Below are positions 1-13,630 of a DNA stretch of 64,000 bases, in pieces. The DNA comes from Nemertoderma westbladi (lineage: Eukaryota > Animalia > Xenacoelomorpha). The notes under the pieces are model-generated. The model was not told where the DNA came from and made no database searches. It saw nothing but the letters and a program-made list of their open reading frames with translations. Where the stretch lies: positions 6,447 to 70,446 of the forward strand of contig JAUCBJ010007699.1 of NCBI GenBank assembly GCA_032718475.1, in the 5' to 3' direction. Each line of letters starts with the position of its first letter. The stretch's first letter is position 1. A program made the translations under genes and the position numbers.

Positions 1-3000
1 ATTGATTGTGTGTGGTGTATACTACACTGTAAGTACTGGACGTTGATTGTGTGTGGTGTATACTGTACACTGTAAGTACTGTACGTTGATTGTGTGTGGT
101 GTATACTGTACACAGTAAGTACTGTACGTTGATTGTGTGTGGTGTATACTGTACACAGTAAGTACTGTACGTTGATTGTGTGTGGTGTATACTGTACACA
201 GTAAGTACTGTGCGTTGATTGTGTGTGGTGTATACGACACTGTAAGTACTGGACGTTGATTGTTTGTGGTGTATACGACACTGTAAGTACTGGACATTGA
301 TTGCAGTACTGGACATTGATTGCGTGTGGTGTATACTACACTGTAAGTACTGGACGTTGATTGTGTGTGGTGTATACTACACTGTAAGTACTGGACATTG
401 ATTGTGTGTGGTGTATACTGTACACAGTAAGTACTGTGCGTTGATAGTGTGGTGGTGTATATTACACTGTAAGTACTGGACGTTGATTGCGTGTGGTGTA
501 TACTACACTGTAAGTACTGGACATTGATTGTGTGTGGTGTATACTACACTGTAAGTACTGGACATTGATTGTGTGTGGTGTATACTACACTGTAAGTACT
601 GGACATTGATTGTGTGTGGTGTATACTACACTGTAAGTACTGGACGTTGATTGTGTGTGGTGTATACTACACTGTAAGTACTGGACATTGATTGTTTGTG
701 GTGTATACGACACTGTAAGTACTGGACGTTGATTGTTTGTGGTGTATACGACACTGTAAGTACTGGACGTTGATTGTTTGTGGTGTATACTACACTGTAA
801 GTACTGGACATTGATTGTGTGTGGTGTATACTGTACACAGTAAGTACTGGACATTGATTGCAGTACTGGACATTGATTGCGTGTGGTGTATACTACACTG
901 TAAGTACTGGACGTTGATTGTGTGGTGGTGTATACTACACTGTACGTACTGGACGTTGATTGTGTGGTGGTGTATACTACACTGTAAGTACTGGACGTTG
1001 ATTGTGTGTGGTGTATACTACACTGTAAGTACTGGACGTTGATTGTGTGTGGTGTATACTACACTGTAAGTACTGGACATTGATTGTTTGTGGTGTATAC
1101 GACACTGTAAGTACTGGACGTTGATTGTGTGTGGTGTATACTACACTGTAAGTACTGGACGTTGATTGTGTGTGGTGTATACTACACTGTAAGTACTGGA
1201 CATCGATTGTTTGTGGTGTATACGACACTGTAAGTACTGGACGTTGATTGTTTGTGGTGTATACGACACTGTAAGTACTGGACGTTGATTGTGTGTGGTG
1301 TATACTACACTGTAAGTACTGGACATTGATTGTTTGTGGTGTATACGACACTGTAAGTACTGGACGTTGATTGTTTGTGGTGTATACGACACTGTAAGTA
1401 CTGGACGTTGATTGTTTGTGGTGTATACTACACTGTAAGTACTGGACATTGATTGTGTGTGGTGTATACTGTACACAGTAAGTACTGGACATTGATTGCA
1501 GTACTGGACATTGATTGCGTGTGGTGTATACTACACTGTAAGTACTGGACGTTGATTGTGTGTGGTGTATACTACACTGTAAGTACTGGACGTTGATTGT
1601 GTGTGGTGTATACTACACTGTAAGTACTGGACATTGATTGTTTGTGGTGTATACGACACTGTAAGTACTGGACATTGATTGCAGTACTGGACATTGATTG
1701 CGTGTGGTGTATACTACACTGTAAGTACTGGACGTTGATTGTGTGTGGTGTATATTACACTGTAAGTACTGGACGTTGATTGTGTGTGGTGTATACTACA
1801 CTGTAAGTACTGGACATTGATTGTTTGTGGTGTATACGACACTGTAAGTACTGGACGTTGATTGTTTGTGGTGTATACGACACTGTAAGTACTGGACGTT
1901 GATTGTGTGTGGTGTATACGACACTGTAAGTACTGGACGTTGATTGTGTGGTGGTGTATACTACACTGTAAGTACTGGACATTGATTGTGTGTGGTGTAT
2001 ACTGTACACAGTAAGTACTGTGCGTTGATTGTGTGGTGGTGTATACTACACTGTAAGTACTGGACGTTGATTGTGTGTGGTGTATACTGTACACAGTAAG
2101 TACTGGACGTTGATTGTGTGTGGTGTATACTACACAGTAAGTACTGTACATTGATTGTTTGTGGTGTATACGACACTGTAAGTACTGGACATTGATTGCA
2201 GTACTGGACATTGATTGCGTGTGGTGTATACTACACTGTAAGTACTGGGCGTTGATTGTGTGTGGTGTATACTACACTGTAAGTACTGGACATTGATTGT
2301 GTGTGGTGTATACTGTACACAGTAAGTACTGTACGTTGATTATGTGGTGGTGAATACTACACAGTAAGTACTGTACGTTGATTGTGTGTGGTGTATACTA
2401 CACTGTAAGTACTGGGCGTTGATTGTGTGTGGTGTATACTACACTGTAAGTACTGGACATTGATTGTGTGTGGTGTATACTGTACACTGTAAGTACTGGA
2501 CGTTGATTGTGTGTGGTGTATACTGTACACTGTAAGTACTGGACGTTGATTGTGTGGTGGTGTATACTACACTGTAAGTACTGGACGTTGATTGTGTGTG
2601 GTGTATACGACACTGTAAGTACTGGACGTTGATTGTGTGTGGTGTATACTACACTGTAAGTACTGGACGTTGATTGTTTGTGGTGTATACGACACTGTAA
2701 GTACTGGACATTGATTGCAGTACTGGACATTGATTGTGTGGTGGTGTATACTACACTGTAAGTACTGGACATTGATTGTGTGTGGTGTATACTGTACACA
2801 GTAAGTACTGGACATTGATTGTGTGTGGTGTATACTGTACACAGTAAGTACTGGACATTGATTGTGTGTGGTGTATACTGTACACTGTAAGTACTGTACG
2901 TTGATTGTGTGGTGGTGTATACTACACAGTAAGTACTGTACGTTGATTATGTGGTGGTGTATACGACACTGTAAGTACTGGACATTGATTGTGTGTGGTG

Positions 3001-4432
3001 TATACTGTACACAGTAAGTACTGGACATTGATTGTGTGTGGTGTATACTGTACACAGTAAGTACTGGACATTGATTGTGTGTGGTGTATACTGTACACAG
3101 TAAGTACTGGACATTGATTGTGTGTGGTGTATACTGTACACTGTAAGTACTGTACGTTGATTGTGTGGTGGTGTATACTACACTGTAAGTACTGGACGTT
3201 GATTGTGTGTGGTGTATACGACACTGTAAGTACTGGACGTTGATTGTGTGTGGTGTATACTGTACACAGTAAGTACTGGACATTGATTGTGTGTGGTGTA
3301 TACTGTACACAGTAAGTACTGGACATTGATTGTGTGTGGTGTATACTGTACACAGTAAGTACTGGACATTGATTGTGTGTGGTGTATACTGTACACTGTA
3401 AGTACTGTACGTTGATTGTGTGGTGGTGTATACTACACTGTAAGTACTGGACGTTGATTGTGTGTGGTGTATACGACACTGTAAGTACTGGACGTTGATT
3501 GTGTGTGGTGTATACTGTACACAGTAAGTACTGTACGTTGATTGTGTGGTGGTGTATACTGTACACAGTAAGTACTGTACGTTGATTGTGTGTGGTGTAT
3601 ACTACACAGTAAGTACTGGACGTTGATTGTGTGTGGTGTATACTGTACACAGTAAGTACTGTACGTTGATTGTGTGGTGGTGTATACTACACTGTAAGTA
3701 CTGGACGTTGATTGTGTGTGGTGTATACTACACTGTAAGTACTGGACGTTGATTGTGTGTGGTGTATACTACACAGTAAGTACTGGACGTTGATTGTGTG
3801 TGGTGTATACTGTACACAGTAAGTACTGTACGTTGATTGTGTGGTGGTGTATACTACACTGTAAGTACTGGACGTTGATTGTGTGTGGTGTATACTACAC
3901 TGTAAGTACTGGACGTTGATTGTGTGTGGTGTATACTACACTGTAAGTACTGGACGTTGATTGTGTGGTGGTGTATACTACACTGTAAGTACTGGACATT
4001 GATTGTGTGTGGTGTATACTACACTGTAAGTACTGGACATTGATTGCGTGTGGTGTATACTGTACACTGTAAGTACTGGACGTTGATTGCGTGTGGTGTA
4101 TACTACACTGTAAGTACTGGACATTGATTGTGTGTGGTGTATACTGTACACAGTAAGTACTGTGCGTTGATTGTGTGGTGGTGTATACTACACTGTAAGT
4201 ACTGGACGTTGATTGTGTGTGGTTTAAACGACACTGTAAGTACTGGACGTTGATTGTGTGTGGTGTATACTACACTGTAAGTACTGGACATTGATTGTGT
4301 GTGGTGTATACTACTCTGTAAGTACTGGACATTGATTGTGTGTGGTGTATACGACACTGTAAGTACTGGACGTTGATTGTGTGTGGTGTATACGACACTG
4401 TACGTACTGGACGTTGATTGTGTTTGGTGTAT
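1..4432. repeat. Minisatellite array, ~39-41 bp unit (TTGATTGTGTGTGGTGTATACTACACTGTAAGTACTGGACG and variants), >100 copies, runs off the left edge
   Basis: Contiguous tandem copies with interspersed variants (ctacac/cgacac/ctgtacac, gtgtg/gtttg/gtggtg) and recurrent shortened units. All ORFs here are translations of the repeat. Confidence 0.97.
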
Positions 4433-4525
4433 AATTCAGGTCATTTCATTTGTGACGAATAATTATTAATATTTTTATAAATTTTTTTTAACGATTCTTG
4501 TAATTATTATGATATTCTGACTAAC

Positions 4526-4644
4526 CTTCCTGTTTACCAACATCAACACTGTTGCTGACAAGGGCTAATATATCAGATAAATTCTTCATACATAATATTC
4601 CACGGCCTCTTGACTTGGCACCTGGCTTAACAATCCACATGTTC
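4526..4644 (-). CDS. TTLL3: Tubulin monoglycylase TTLL3/TTLL8-like, exon (R)[39 protein letters not shown](G)
   Basis: Flanked by ctag| acceptor and |gttagt donor. Encodes the TTL-family [14 protein letters not shown] motif and joins in phase 2 to the 13631 exon (DGL-R-NMW). Not in the ORF track. Confidence 0.93.
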
Positions 4645-5229
4645 CTAGATAATTGAAAAAAGTTAAAAAAAAACCATTTGCATTAAAACGATACAAAATG
4701 CTGAAAATCCCAAGAGATGTACGACACGCTGAATTTTTAACTTTAGTCAAATCCGGACTAAAAACAATCCATTTAACACAATTTGAAATGCACACTGCCC
4801 CAAAAAGCGAATAAATGGAAATAAAGTGTAATATACATTTTGGGTGGACTATATTGAATTGTAATATTTAAAAAAAAAATTTTTGACGACCCTTAGCAGC
4901 CAGAGCTAAAGTTTTTATTTTGACTTAAAAAATGCTACTCCTTTGTTATACCTTATTTTCAGAAGTTTAACCTAAGTGTATAGAATGCTTTTCACAGTGA
5001 TAAGATCAGTGTGTGAGGTGTGAGTGATACTACGAGCATTAATTAAAACTAAAATTGCTTTACGAACACGAATTGTGAATCATACCAGTGACTACCGAGT
5101 AGAGCTGAGAGATGAGTTCTCAATCTGTAGAGCAATGCAATGCAGTAGTGTAATGAACAATGCAATAGAGGAGCCTGGCATACTATCTCTTGGGCCCACC
5201 GATGCGCATTCTACAACAAACGAGTGAAA

Positions 5230-7620
5230 TCCGGTATACTTGACCGAGATTCTACAAGAAACTAACGTTGAAGCCACTTCGTTGGAACCTTCAATGCAAC
5301 ATCCTCGAGAGGACGCTCAACTTCGCATACTTCAATCCCACAAAATGGGACAAGACGTTAAGAGGATGATCAACATTGAGGAAAACCCGAATCGCAGATC
5401 CGGATTACCCGAGATACCGTTTCTCTTCCTACTCGACAACGATCTAACAAAACTGCAGGCAAAACAGGCGTTCCTACGGCGGCAGTCTCGCGGAAGTAGT
5501 AAATCGAGATCACTCCAACCGGACTACCTTTCCACCTCAGTTGCGCCAGTTAGTTCTCCGGGTCGTGTTGCACAGGTGTCGCGACCACGTAAATGCGGCT
5601 GATATACGCAACAATGTTCCCATCAGTCGAATGGTTCAGGGGCTTTCGGAAAACGAGTAGGAGGAGAAACCAATCTCGATGATCCATTTCTGGAATGTGT
5701 TTTATTAAATGCGTGTTCACTTAAAAACAAACTTACAGATCTTGAGTGGATTCAGGAAACTTGTAATTATGCGTTGATTGGAATTACTGAGTCGACAGAG
5801 TTGAGGGTTGACAGAAGAAATTATTACTGATAAGATGCTTAGTTGCAATAACAAATTCAGAGTATTTAGAAGTGACCGTGGATCAACTGGTGGTGGAGTT
5901 GCAGTTCTAGTTAGGGACGGGAATAAATGTGTGCCAGTTCCACTTCCTTCCCATTTTGAAGGTATTGTGGAAGTTGTAGCAGTTGATTTATGTGAGCGGA
6001 TTCAATTCCGCTGCATTACTCTCACAAAGTTAGGACAGTGGAGCCTTTTCAGTAATATGTCGGAGGTACGAGATTGGTTATTACCAATCTCGTACCACAA
6101 CCAATAACGTGGATAACACAAACCCCAAAACCACACAAAGGGAGGTTAGAGGTCAAACCACCTCGAGAGGGAAAGTAACCAACAGGGGACAACAGGGGGG
6201 GGGGGGGGGGGAAGCACTCCCAGAGAGGTGAGAGGCGTGAAGTAGGTTATCAGCCAATAGGAGCGGGGGAAAGCATCCACTGGACAAAGGCCACAGTAAT
6301 GTAGAAATGATTACATATATTGTCAATGCATTCAGATGTCAGTTCAGTTATTCCAGTCATTAGTTTGAGTGCAGACCGGTGACATCTTTCACCGTCACCG
6401 TCACCGTCACCATCACCGATATATTATCACTACCGTATGTATACATTACATATATTTCAACCTATGAACTGTGCTATCATTATTATTCATTTATCGATAT
6501 TAACCAGCGAATATCAAAGCGATAACAACAAACTGCCATTTTATTTCAATACCACACGGTGACGCGTAGTCTAACAAACCGGTCGGGATCCCTTGATCCC
6601 GTCACAATTTAGTAGGTAGTTCTCCTGGTTGGTTCATTTGTGTTTATAGGTCTGGTAACAAAGCAACTATTGATTTTGATAAATCGCTAGTTGAGTGTCT
6701 GAATTTCCTTTGTGATATTAGTTATCCCTGTGCTGTTGTTGGTGACTTCAATTTGCCCGACTATAATTGGGTAAATTTAAAACACCCTAATAATGCTGGT
6801 TACAATATTCTAGCTGAGTGTTTTTTGGAGAATAGTTTAAAACAGCTGCAATTAATACCTACCAGAGGTGATAATGTATTGGATTTAATATTTGCTAGTG
6901 AAGACGTTTTTATTTCTAATATTGACGTTATAGAACCATTTTCTACAAGTGATCATTCTTCGGTAATATTTAATATTTTAGCTGCCAACTGCAAAGTAAC
7001 AGACGAGAATATTGGTTTTTACGATTTTAAACGTGCTGATTATGGTGAAATAAATGGAGACTGGTCATCATTATTTATGAACTGTGTATCTGTAAACGAT
7101 TTTTGGGATATTTTTAGTGCTACTTTGCGTTCTTGAATTTAACTTTTTATTCCATTTATATGTTTTGAGTCCAAGAGAAAGGTTTTCCTTGAATTCGTGC
7201 GAATTTTGCAAAGAAGAAAAAAGTTACTCTGGCGACGCCGGCACATATTAAATGGTGATGTTGAGTACAAAAAGTGCGCCAAAGCAGCCGCTCAGGCTAC
7301 TTTTCGTGCAGCATGTATAAGGGAGAACCATATTCTTAGCTCTGGAAATATCAGTGACATATTTACATACATTAATTCCAAACGTAAACTTAATTCAGGT
7401 ATTTCACCTTTTAAGTATAAAGGGGCTACTGTTGTGGATAACTGTGAAAAAGCACACATTCTGTCTCAGGTTTTCTCTGAAAATTTTTCGGTTGATAATG
7501 GTATTCTACCAGTTTTTGAACGACGGGTTTCACCTATTGTAAATTTATCTAGTGTTGAATTTACACCAGCTAAGATTGTGAGGATATTAAGTAAATTTTA
7601 AGCGAATACTAGTAGAACGC
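5230..7620 (+). mobile_element. Degenerate CR1-like LINE (ORF1 C-terminus, AP endonuclease, start of RT), 3' truncated, interrupted by a solo LTR
   Basis: ORF1-like LDNDLTKLQAKQAFLRRQ. APE motifs LLNACSLKNK, IGITES, FRSDRGSTGGGVAV, VVGDFNLP, PTRGDNVLDL, SDH. Stops and frameshifts present. Confidence 0.8.
5991..6606. mobile_element. Solo LTR (616 bp) with 5-bp TSD ATTTA
   Basis: TGT...ACA termini. ATTTA at 5986-5990 and 6607-6611. Removing it rejoins the CR1 endonuclease frame (VVAVDL-VGSSPGWFICVYR). Related copies at 14358 and 49193. Confidence 0.88.
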
Positions 7621-7623
7621 CAG

Positions 7624-9240
7624 TGTAACCTGGTTGTTTTCTCCTCGACCACATTTTTACTGGTATCGAGTGTTGATATAAAAGGTGCCGTTTGCCCTTC
7701 GGTTATCACCTTAACTGTCTCACTAATATTACGAATTTCACTTGCACAACTTATCATATAATGTTAGTTTTACTTTGTTATTCTGATTGCAAAGTTTAGT
7801 TTAGTTTGATAAATCATTTGCTATTTACGTTAAAATATACTGCAAACTCTGAACATGTAGCTTTTAGCCTTTCAGTTTTAATGAGGCTATATGCCTCAAA
7901 AAGCTATCCCCATTGTCGTACTTAATTTAAATAAACATTCCATGACAATAGCTTACAGTATTACCATTTAGTTTCGTGTAATAACAAAATGTAGATATTC
8001 ACCGCGTGACAGTATAAAATTAATGAAGTAATAAGCCTATTTAATTTAATTATACTTGTACTGATTCGATTTATTTAAATAACATATTTTTTACATAAAT
8101 TTTTAATCGCGCTAGAACCTTGTATGCACATAATAATGTTTCAATTTTACCTGTGTCTGTACAATGTACATGATGTTACTAATGTATTTTAATCAAATGT
8201 ATAATTAATTATTGCATAATTGTAATGTAATGTATTTTTACACTAGACCGTATTTTTACGTGTTTTTACACTAGAGGGAGCCCAACGGCTCCTCAGCTCA
8301 TTAGAACATGCTGCTTCTAGTGTTGGTCTTTTTATTAACTCCAGAAAGACCACAATTTTGACAGTTAACTTTGAAAGTTCTCAGCAAGCTCCGGATGAGC
8401 ATAAGCTCAAAGGATGGTATGCTTGAGCATGTGGACGACTTCTGTTACCTGGGATCATGGATCCGGAAGTCAGGTGAGGACCTTCGAATACGTAAGGGAA
8501 AGGCATGGGCAGCCTTGAATAGGCTTTCCAGGATTTGGAAGTCACCTAGAATTAATCGGAAACTTAAGGTCCGATTATTTAGAGCAGCAGTAGTTCCAGT
8601 ACTCCTCTATGGGAGTCCATGCTGGGCTCTAACTGCTGAGGACACCAAATCTCTGGATGGCACATTCACAAGAATGCTACGCCGGGTTCATTGTGTCAAG
8701 TACAATGCACACATCTCCAACCTGACACTATATAACATTGGAGGTGTCTCATTGGTTCCCTCAAGCTTGACACTAGAACAAATTCGCCTCCGCTTTGCAG
8801 GACATTGCTTTCGCCGTGAGGACCAGCATCATTGGCAGCCTCATGGAGTGAATAAGCATGGTGGACAGCCCATGACTTTCTTGAGACGCATCTTAAAGGA
8901 AACTGGTCTTGAAGATGCGGATGATCTAGCAAATGTCATGGGTGATAGGGAGTTGTGGCGGCGCAATTTTGTCGACAAGCCGGCACAGCATTCTTAAAAA
9001 TGCAGCTGCAATGCAGCATGCCGATACTAGTAGTAGTAGTACTATAAAAGGTGCAGTTCGTCCTTTAGTTATCACTTAGCCTAACTTAGTTTAACTTCTA
9101 CACTTCATATTTAGTTGAATCTTTAAAAGTGAAATCTTATTACTTTTAAAACTTTAGTTATGTTGTAAATGTTTAGTTTGTATTTCTGATTTACGTTAAC
9201 ATATACTTAAAAACTCAAACTATGTAGCTTTTGACGTATC
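7624..9240 (+). repeat. Unclassified interspersed repeat: two diverged similar blocks (~7675-7870, ~9043-9240) either side of an RTE fragment
   Basis: Shared tataaaaggtgc...ttatcac...tacgttaa.atatact...tgtagctttt. The start tgtaacctggttgtttt recurs at ~60202. Confidence 0.4.
8275..9042 (+). mobile_element. 5'-truncated RTE-clade LINE, 3' end
   Basis: ORF 8371-8997 has VDDFCYLGSWI, LFRAAVVPVLLYGS, RLRFAGHCFR. Ends in a (TAG)n tail. Same family at 41315-41637 and ~13478-13600. Confidence 0.88.
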
Positions 9241-9648
9241 TATCTTGATGCCCCAGCCTAACATTTGACGAATGACTGCCTAAACCTTTAGGCGACAGCA
9301 ACGCAAGGGGGAGGAATGTCTCAAACGCATAAGGGACCCTCACCAATTGCCCACATGCATTCGAAAGTGATCCGCAAGCCTAGTGAGACTACCCAAGCCA
9401 AAGGTAAGACTTCGTTCGACGCTTTTACCCGCTGTAACACCGTAGATCAGGGTTAAGTGTGATGGCGTCCTGGGACGCCATAAAATTTAGGGGCGAAATA
9501 TCTTGGATCCAGCCAGAAACCCCACAGTTGACCTGCATGATCTACAGGTGCTAACAGGTGCGAGTTGGTGCTAGTAGTGCGCTCAGGTACACTAAGTGCA
9601 AATAGCACACTCCGTAATTTGGTGACTTTACCGTACTAGCTATTCCAA

Positions 9649-9885
9649 GGTCCCACCTTGGTGTAGTGGTTGCATTGAATTCACATCTCCTGTAGGTCGT
9701 GGGCTCGATCCTCACATGGGCCAGGGCAGTTTTCGTTTCGGCACGAATGCTTTAAAGGGACCAGCCAGGGCGCATCTCTGCCTTGCATCCTTAAGTGGTA
9801 GCTAAATGGGACCACACTGGAAATAAGTCGTCTGACTTTGTGTGTAATCCCTGGCCTAGCGGCCGAAGAAAATTTACTTTTTTTA
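9649..9885 (+). mobile_element. tRNA-derived SINE with a LINE-derived 3' tail
   Basis: A box TGGTGTAGTGG (9659-9669) and B box GGCTCGATCC (~9702-9711). Tail GGACCACACTGGAAATAAG...TAATCC resembles the LINE 3' UTR at 12971-13012. Confidence 0.7.
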
Positions 9886-10406
9886 CTCAGTAGGCCTACT
9901 GGACGGGTGTAGTTACTAACACCGTATTTGCCCGATGGAATTGTGAATATAGAAGGAGAGAGCGCCCCTTTTGACGTCAGTTTGTAAGTATTTACGCTTT
10001 TAGAGAGCGACTAGCTTATTCTAGTAGCTAGCGCCCGAATTATTATTTTGTTAAAAGTCACCAAAACCTAGTATTATAGATCGTGAAAACATTGCGCTTT
10101 GCCATAACATACGCACACACACATACGCGTCTTAGATTTCTGTTCTACTACTGATATTATTATATTTTGACTGTCTTATCCGCCGGCAGTATCGTTTACG
10201 CTCGTGTTCGGTCAACTCACTGGCTCGTTATTATACCCATATAAATCACACCGCGGCAAGTCTGCAGTAGTTTTAGGTCCATTAGCGGTAGTTAGGATTC
10301 GCTGCGCGGGATTGTTTCTCGCGAGTTTGGTCTGTTTTCTGTAGACTGTATTTCTGCCTCACCGGTTAGTGACCGGTCACCCTGATTGTCAAGTTAGCCC
10401 GGGCAA

Positions 10407-13108
10407 TTGATTCGCCCAAGTTTAGTGGAAGACATCAGGCACCGATCGCGCCTTTGTAATAATACCGATATTATTTCTCAATCTGGGGTTTTACCTATAG
10501 GTCTAAGCGATCATTTTATAGTTTTTTGCACAAGAAAGACACAAAAATCTTTTTTCGGGGATCATAAAACAGTAACAGTTAGGTCTATGAAAAATTACAG
10601 CAAGGAACGCTTTTTAAGTTTGTTAGTTAATTCTGACTGGGAACCCTGTTTTAAGGCCGCTGACATTAACCTTGCGTACACTGTTTTTAAAGATATATTT
10701 TTAAAGGCACTTAATACTGTAGCACCAATTAAAGAAATTAGTCTTAAACAACGCACTGAGCCCTGGATGACCTCGGGTATTCTTAGTAATATCAGAGAAA
10801 GAGATAACTATTTGTATAAATTTAGGAAATACCGTGTTTTAGCTGATTATAATAATTACTGCAAATATAGAAACCTTGTCCAACGGGAAATAAAAAAAGC
10901 TAAATCTGAATATTTGTACAACAAAATAAGTGAGAATAAAGATAATCCAAAAAGTCTATGGTCTACCCTAAAATCTTTAGGTTATAAAAACCTTAAATCT
11001 AAATCGAATATTGTTCTGCAAGATAACGGTGAGCTGATTCATGATCATACTCTAGTTAGTAATTTATTTAATAATTATTTTACTAATGTTGCCTCTAATT
11101 TAGTTAAGAAATTACCGTTATCAAGTAATAAATATAGTATAGGGTCCGAAACTCTAAATAATTTTTATTTAGAAAAGTTACAAAATTCAGAAAAGTTATT
11201 TTTAAAACCCGTTTCTGAGGATTTCGTTTTTAAAAATCTACTTAGCCTATCAGCCTCAAAAAGTACCGGTCTAGACCTAATACCTGCCCGTTTTCTTAAG
11301 GATGGTGCTGAAGTACTTAAAGTGCCTATTACTTTTATTATTAATTACTCTATCGTAGATAATGTAGTACCAGACGAACTGAAATTAGCTAAGGTTGTTC
11401 CTCTGTATAAAAAGAATAGTAAAGTAGAACCCTGTAATTACAGACCTGTTAGTATCTTAAGTATTGTATCTAAAATTCTAGAACGTTCTGTTTTTCTACA
11501 GCTGGAGGCACATCTTAGTAGGCTAAATCTGATCTATGAACTTCAGTCCGGTTTTCGTAAATCATATTCTACAGACACCTGCCTTATTAACTTAACTGAT
11601 ACAATTAGATGTAATAACGCAAAGGGTTTATATACTGGTATGGTAATGTTGGACCTACAAAAGGCTTTCGATACTGTAGATCACGAAATTCTGCTTGGTA
11701 AGTTAGGCCTGATGGGTGTAGGTTCTATAGACTGGTTCAAGTCCTACCTGTCAGACAGAGGTCAAACTGTAGTCATTAGCAAATCGCTGTCTACTGTACA
11801 AGAGATTACCTGTGGTGTACCGCAAGGTAGTATATTAGGTCCTCTGCTTTTTGTATGCTATGTAAATGATATGATAAGTAGTATAGATCCCGATTTTAAA
11901 CTCATTTTATATGCCGACGACAGTGCTCTTATTTTCTCTCATAAAGATCCTATCCATATTTCCCAAAAGTTAAGTGCAGTTCTAGAATCCTGTAATGAGT
12001 GGTTGGTTGATAATAAGCTATCCATTCACTACGGTAAAACTGAAAGTATTTTGTTTGGTTCCAAAAGAAAGTTAAAGAAGGTAACTAAGTTTGAAGTCAC
12101 TAGTAATGGACATAAGATTGAAAATAAAAAGGAAGTTAAATATTTAGGCGCCACATTGGATAACTGCTTATCAGGAGAAAGTACAGTGAAAAACATTTTC
12201 TCGAAAGTTAACAGTAGGCTTAGGTTTCTATACAGAAATAAAAATAGTTTGAACACCGACTCCCGCAAGTTACTTTGCTCTTCTTTAATACAGTGTCACA
12301 TGGACTATGCGTGCTCTTCTTGGTATGAAGGCTTAACCAAACAGCTTAAATGTAAATTACAAGTAGCTCAGAATAAAGTAGTACGATTTATTAAAGACTA
12401 CAAACCTAGGCACCACCTAACTCCAGATGACTTTTCTGAATCTGGACTACTTAACTTAGATAGTAGAGTTAAGCAGCTACGCCTTAACCATGTGCATAAA
12501 GTGTATAATGGTAAATGTCCCAATTACCTAAAACAAAAATTCAACAGAGTACGCGATACACACTCTTACAGTACCAGAGCTAGTGCTTCAAACTTCTACC
12601 TCCCGAATTGTAAATCCTTTGAATCTGATACTTTCTTTTTTAACGGCATAAAAAATTGGAACGCTCTGCCTAATGAAATTAAAAACCTAAATAATCAACA
12701 TTCTTTTAAATCTGCAGTTAAATCTCATCTCCGTGTGCAATGTAAAAATAGGTACAATAGTGCTACAGTAAGTTATTAGTTTATTAATTATTTACTATTT
12801 ATACTGTAATTACGTTTTATAATAAATTGTTCTGTACATTACATCTTTATCGTTGAGTCGGACATTGTCACGCTCTCGGTAAAGTTGTACATGTACATAG
12901 TGTAATTACGTTTTATATGGGTTTTAGGTTAGCGTAGTGTAATATTGTATTTGTAACCAAGTAACATAAAGGACCCCCTTGGAAATAAGCTGCAAAGCTT
13001 TAGGGGTAATCCTATATGTTATGTTGGACAATACCTTTATACCGGTACATTGTTTGGTGTATTTGTTATTGTTTTTACATAATGTATAAATAAATCTATC
13101 TATCTATC
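10407..13108 (+). mobile_element. L2/Crack-type (CR1 superclade) LINE: open ORF2 with the end of APE and a complete RT, 3' UTR and (CTAT)n tail
   Basis: 790-aa ORF 10407-12779 with [50 protein letters not shown] then tctatctatctatc at ~13089-13108. Most of the endonuclease is missing. Clade is inferred. Confidence 0.88.
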
Positions 13109-13477
13109 AGCAGCAGCAGTTTGTGTACTTTTAGTATCTATTATTAGGCCCCGACTGCATTGGAACTTTACATCACTACTTGATTAATTTAATACTAGCA
13201 ATGAATGTATCTGGAGTTGGGAGATATTAATATAATGGTGGAGGTCATTACGAACCTTAGTAGGACCTAAGTCGATTCCTACTGGGGTACTTTACTCCTT
13301 ACGGTATCGAGTCTGTATGTTGAGTTGAGTTAGGTAGTTGCCAATCTCAATACTGCAATATAATATACCTTATTGGAACATTGTTATTTATTGTTCAGTT
13401 GACTGCCTATGGCAGAACATACCAATAATATAATATAATTTACGATTGTCTTGACCTTGAGTGCTCATCTTAACTGA

Positions 13478-13600
13478 CCTTGAAGATACGGATAATCTCG
13501 CAAAAGTCATGGGTGCATTTTGGCGGCGCAATTTAGTTGACAAGCTGACATTTTTAATTTAACATTTTTAATAAATATGCAGCTGCAATGCAGCATGCCG
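13478..13600 (+). mobile_element. Short decayed RTE 3'-end fragment
   Basis: Matches 8907-9022 (cttgaagat.cggat...tggcggcgcaattt...atgcagctgcaatgcagcatgccga). Confidence 0.65.
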
Positions 13601-13630
13601 AATATAAATACTGTAGCTAGGTTTGCTTAC

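Noticed and set aside
22-4357. Many overlapping ORFs (YSIHHTQS..., INVQYLQC...)
   Set aside because: They are translations of the minisatellite in rotating frames, not a gene.
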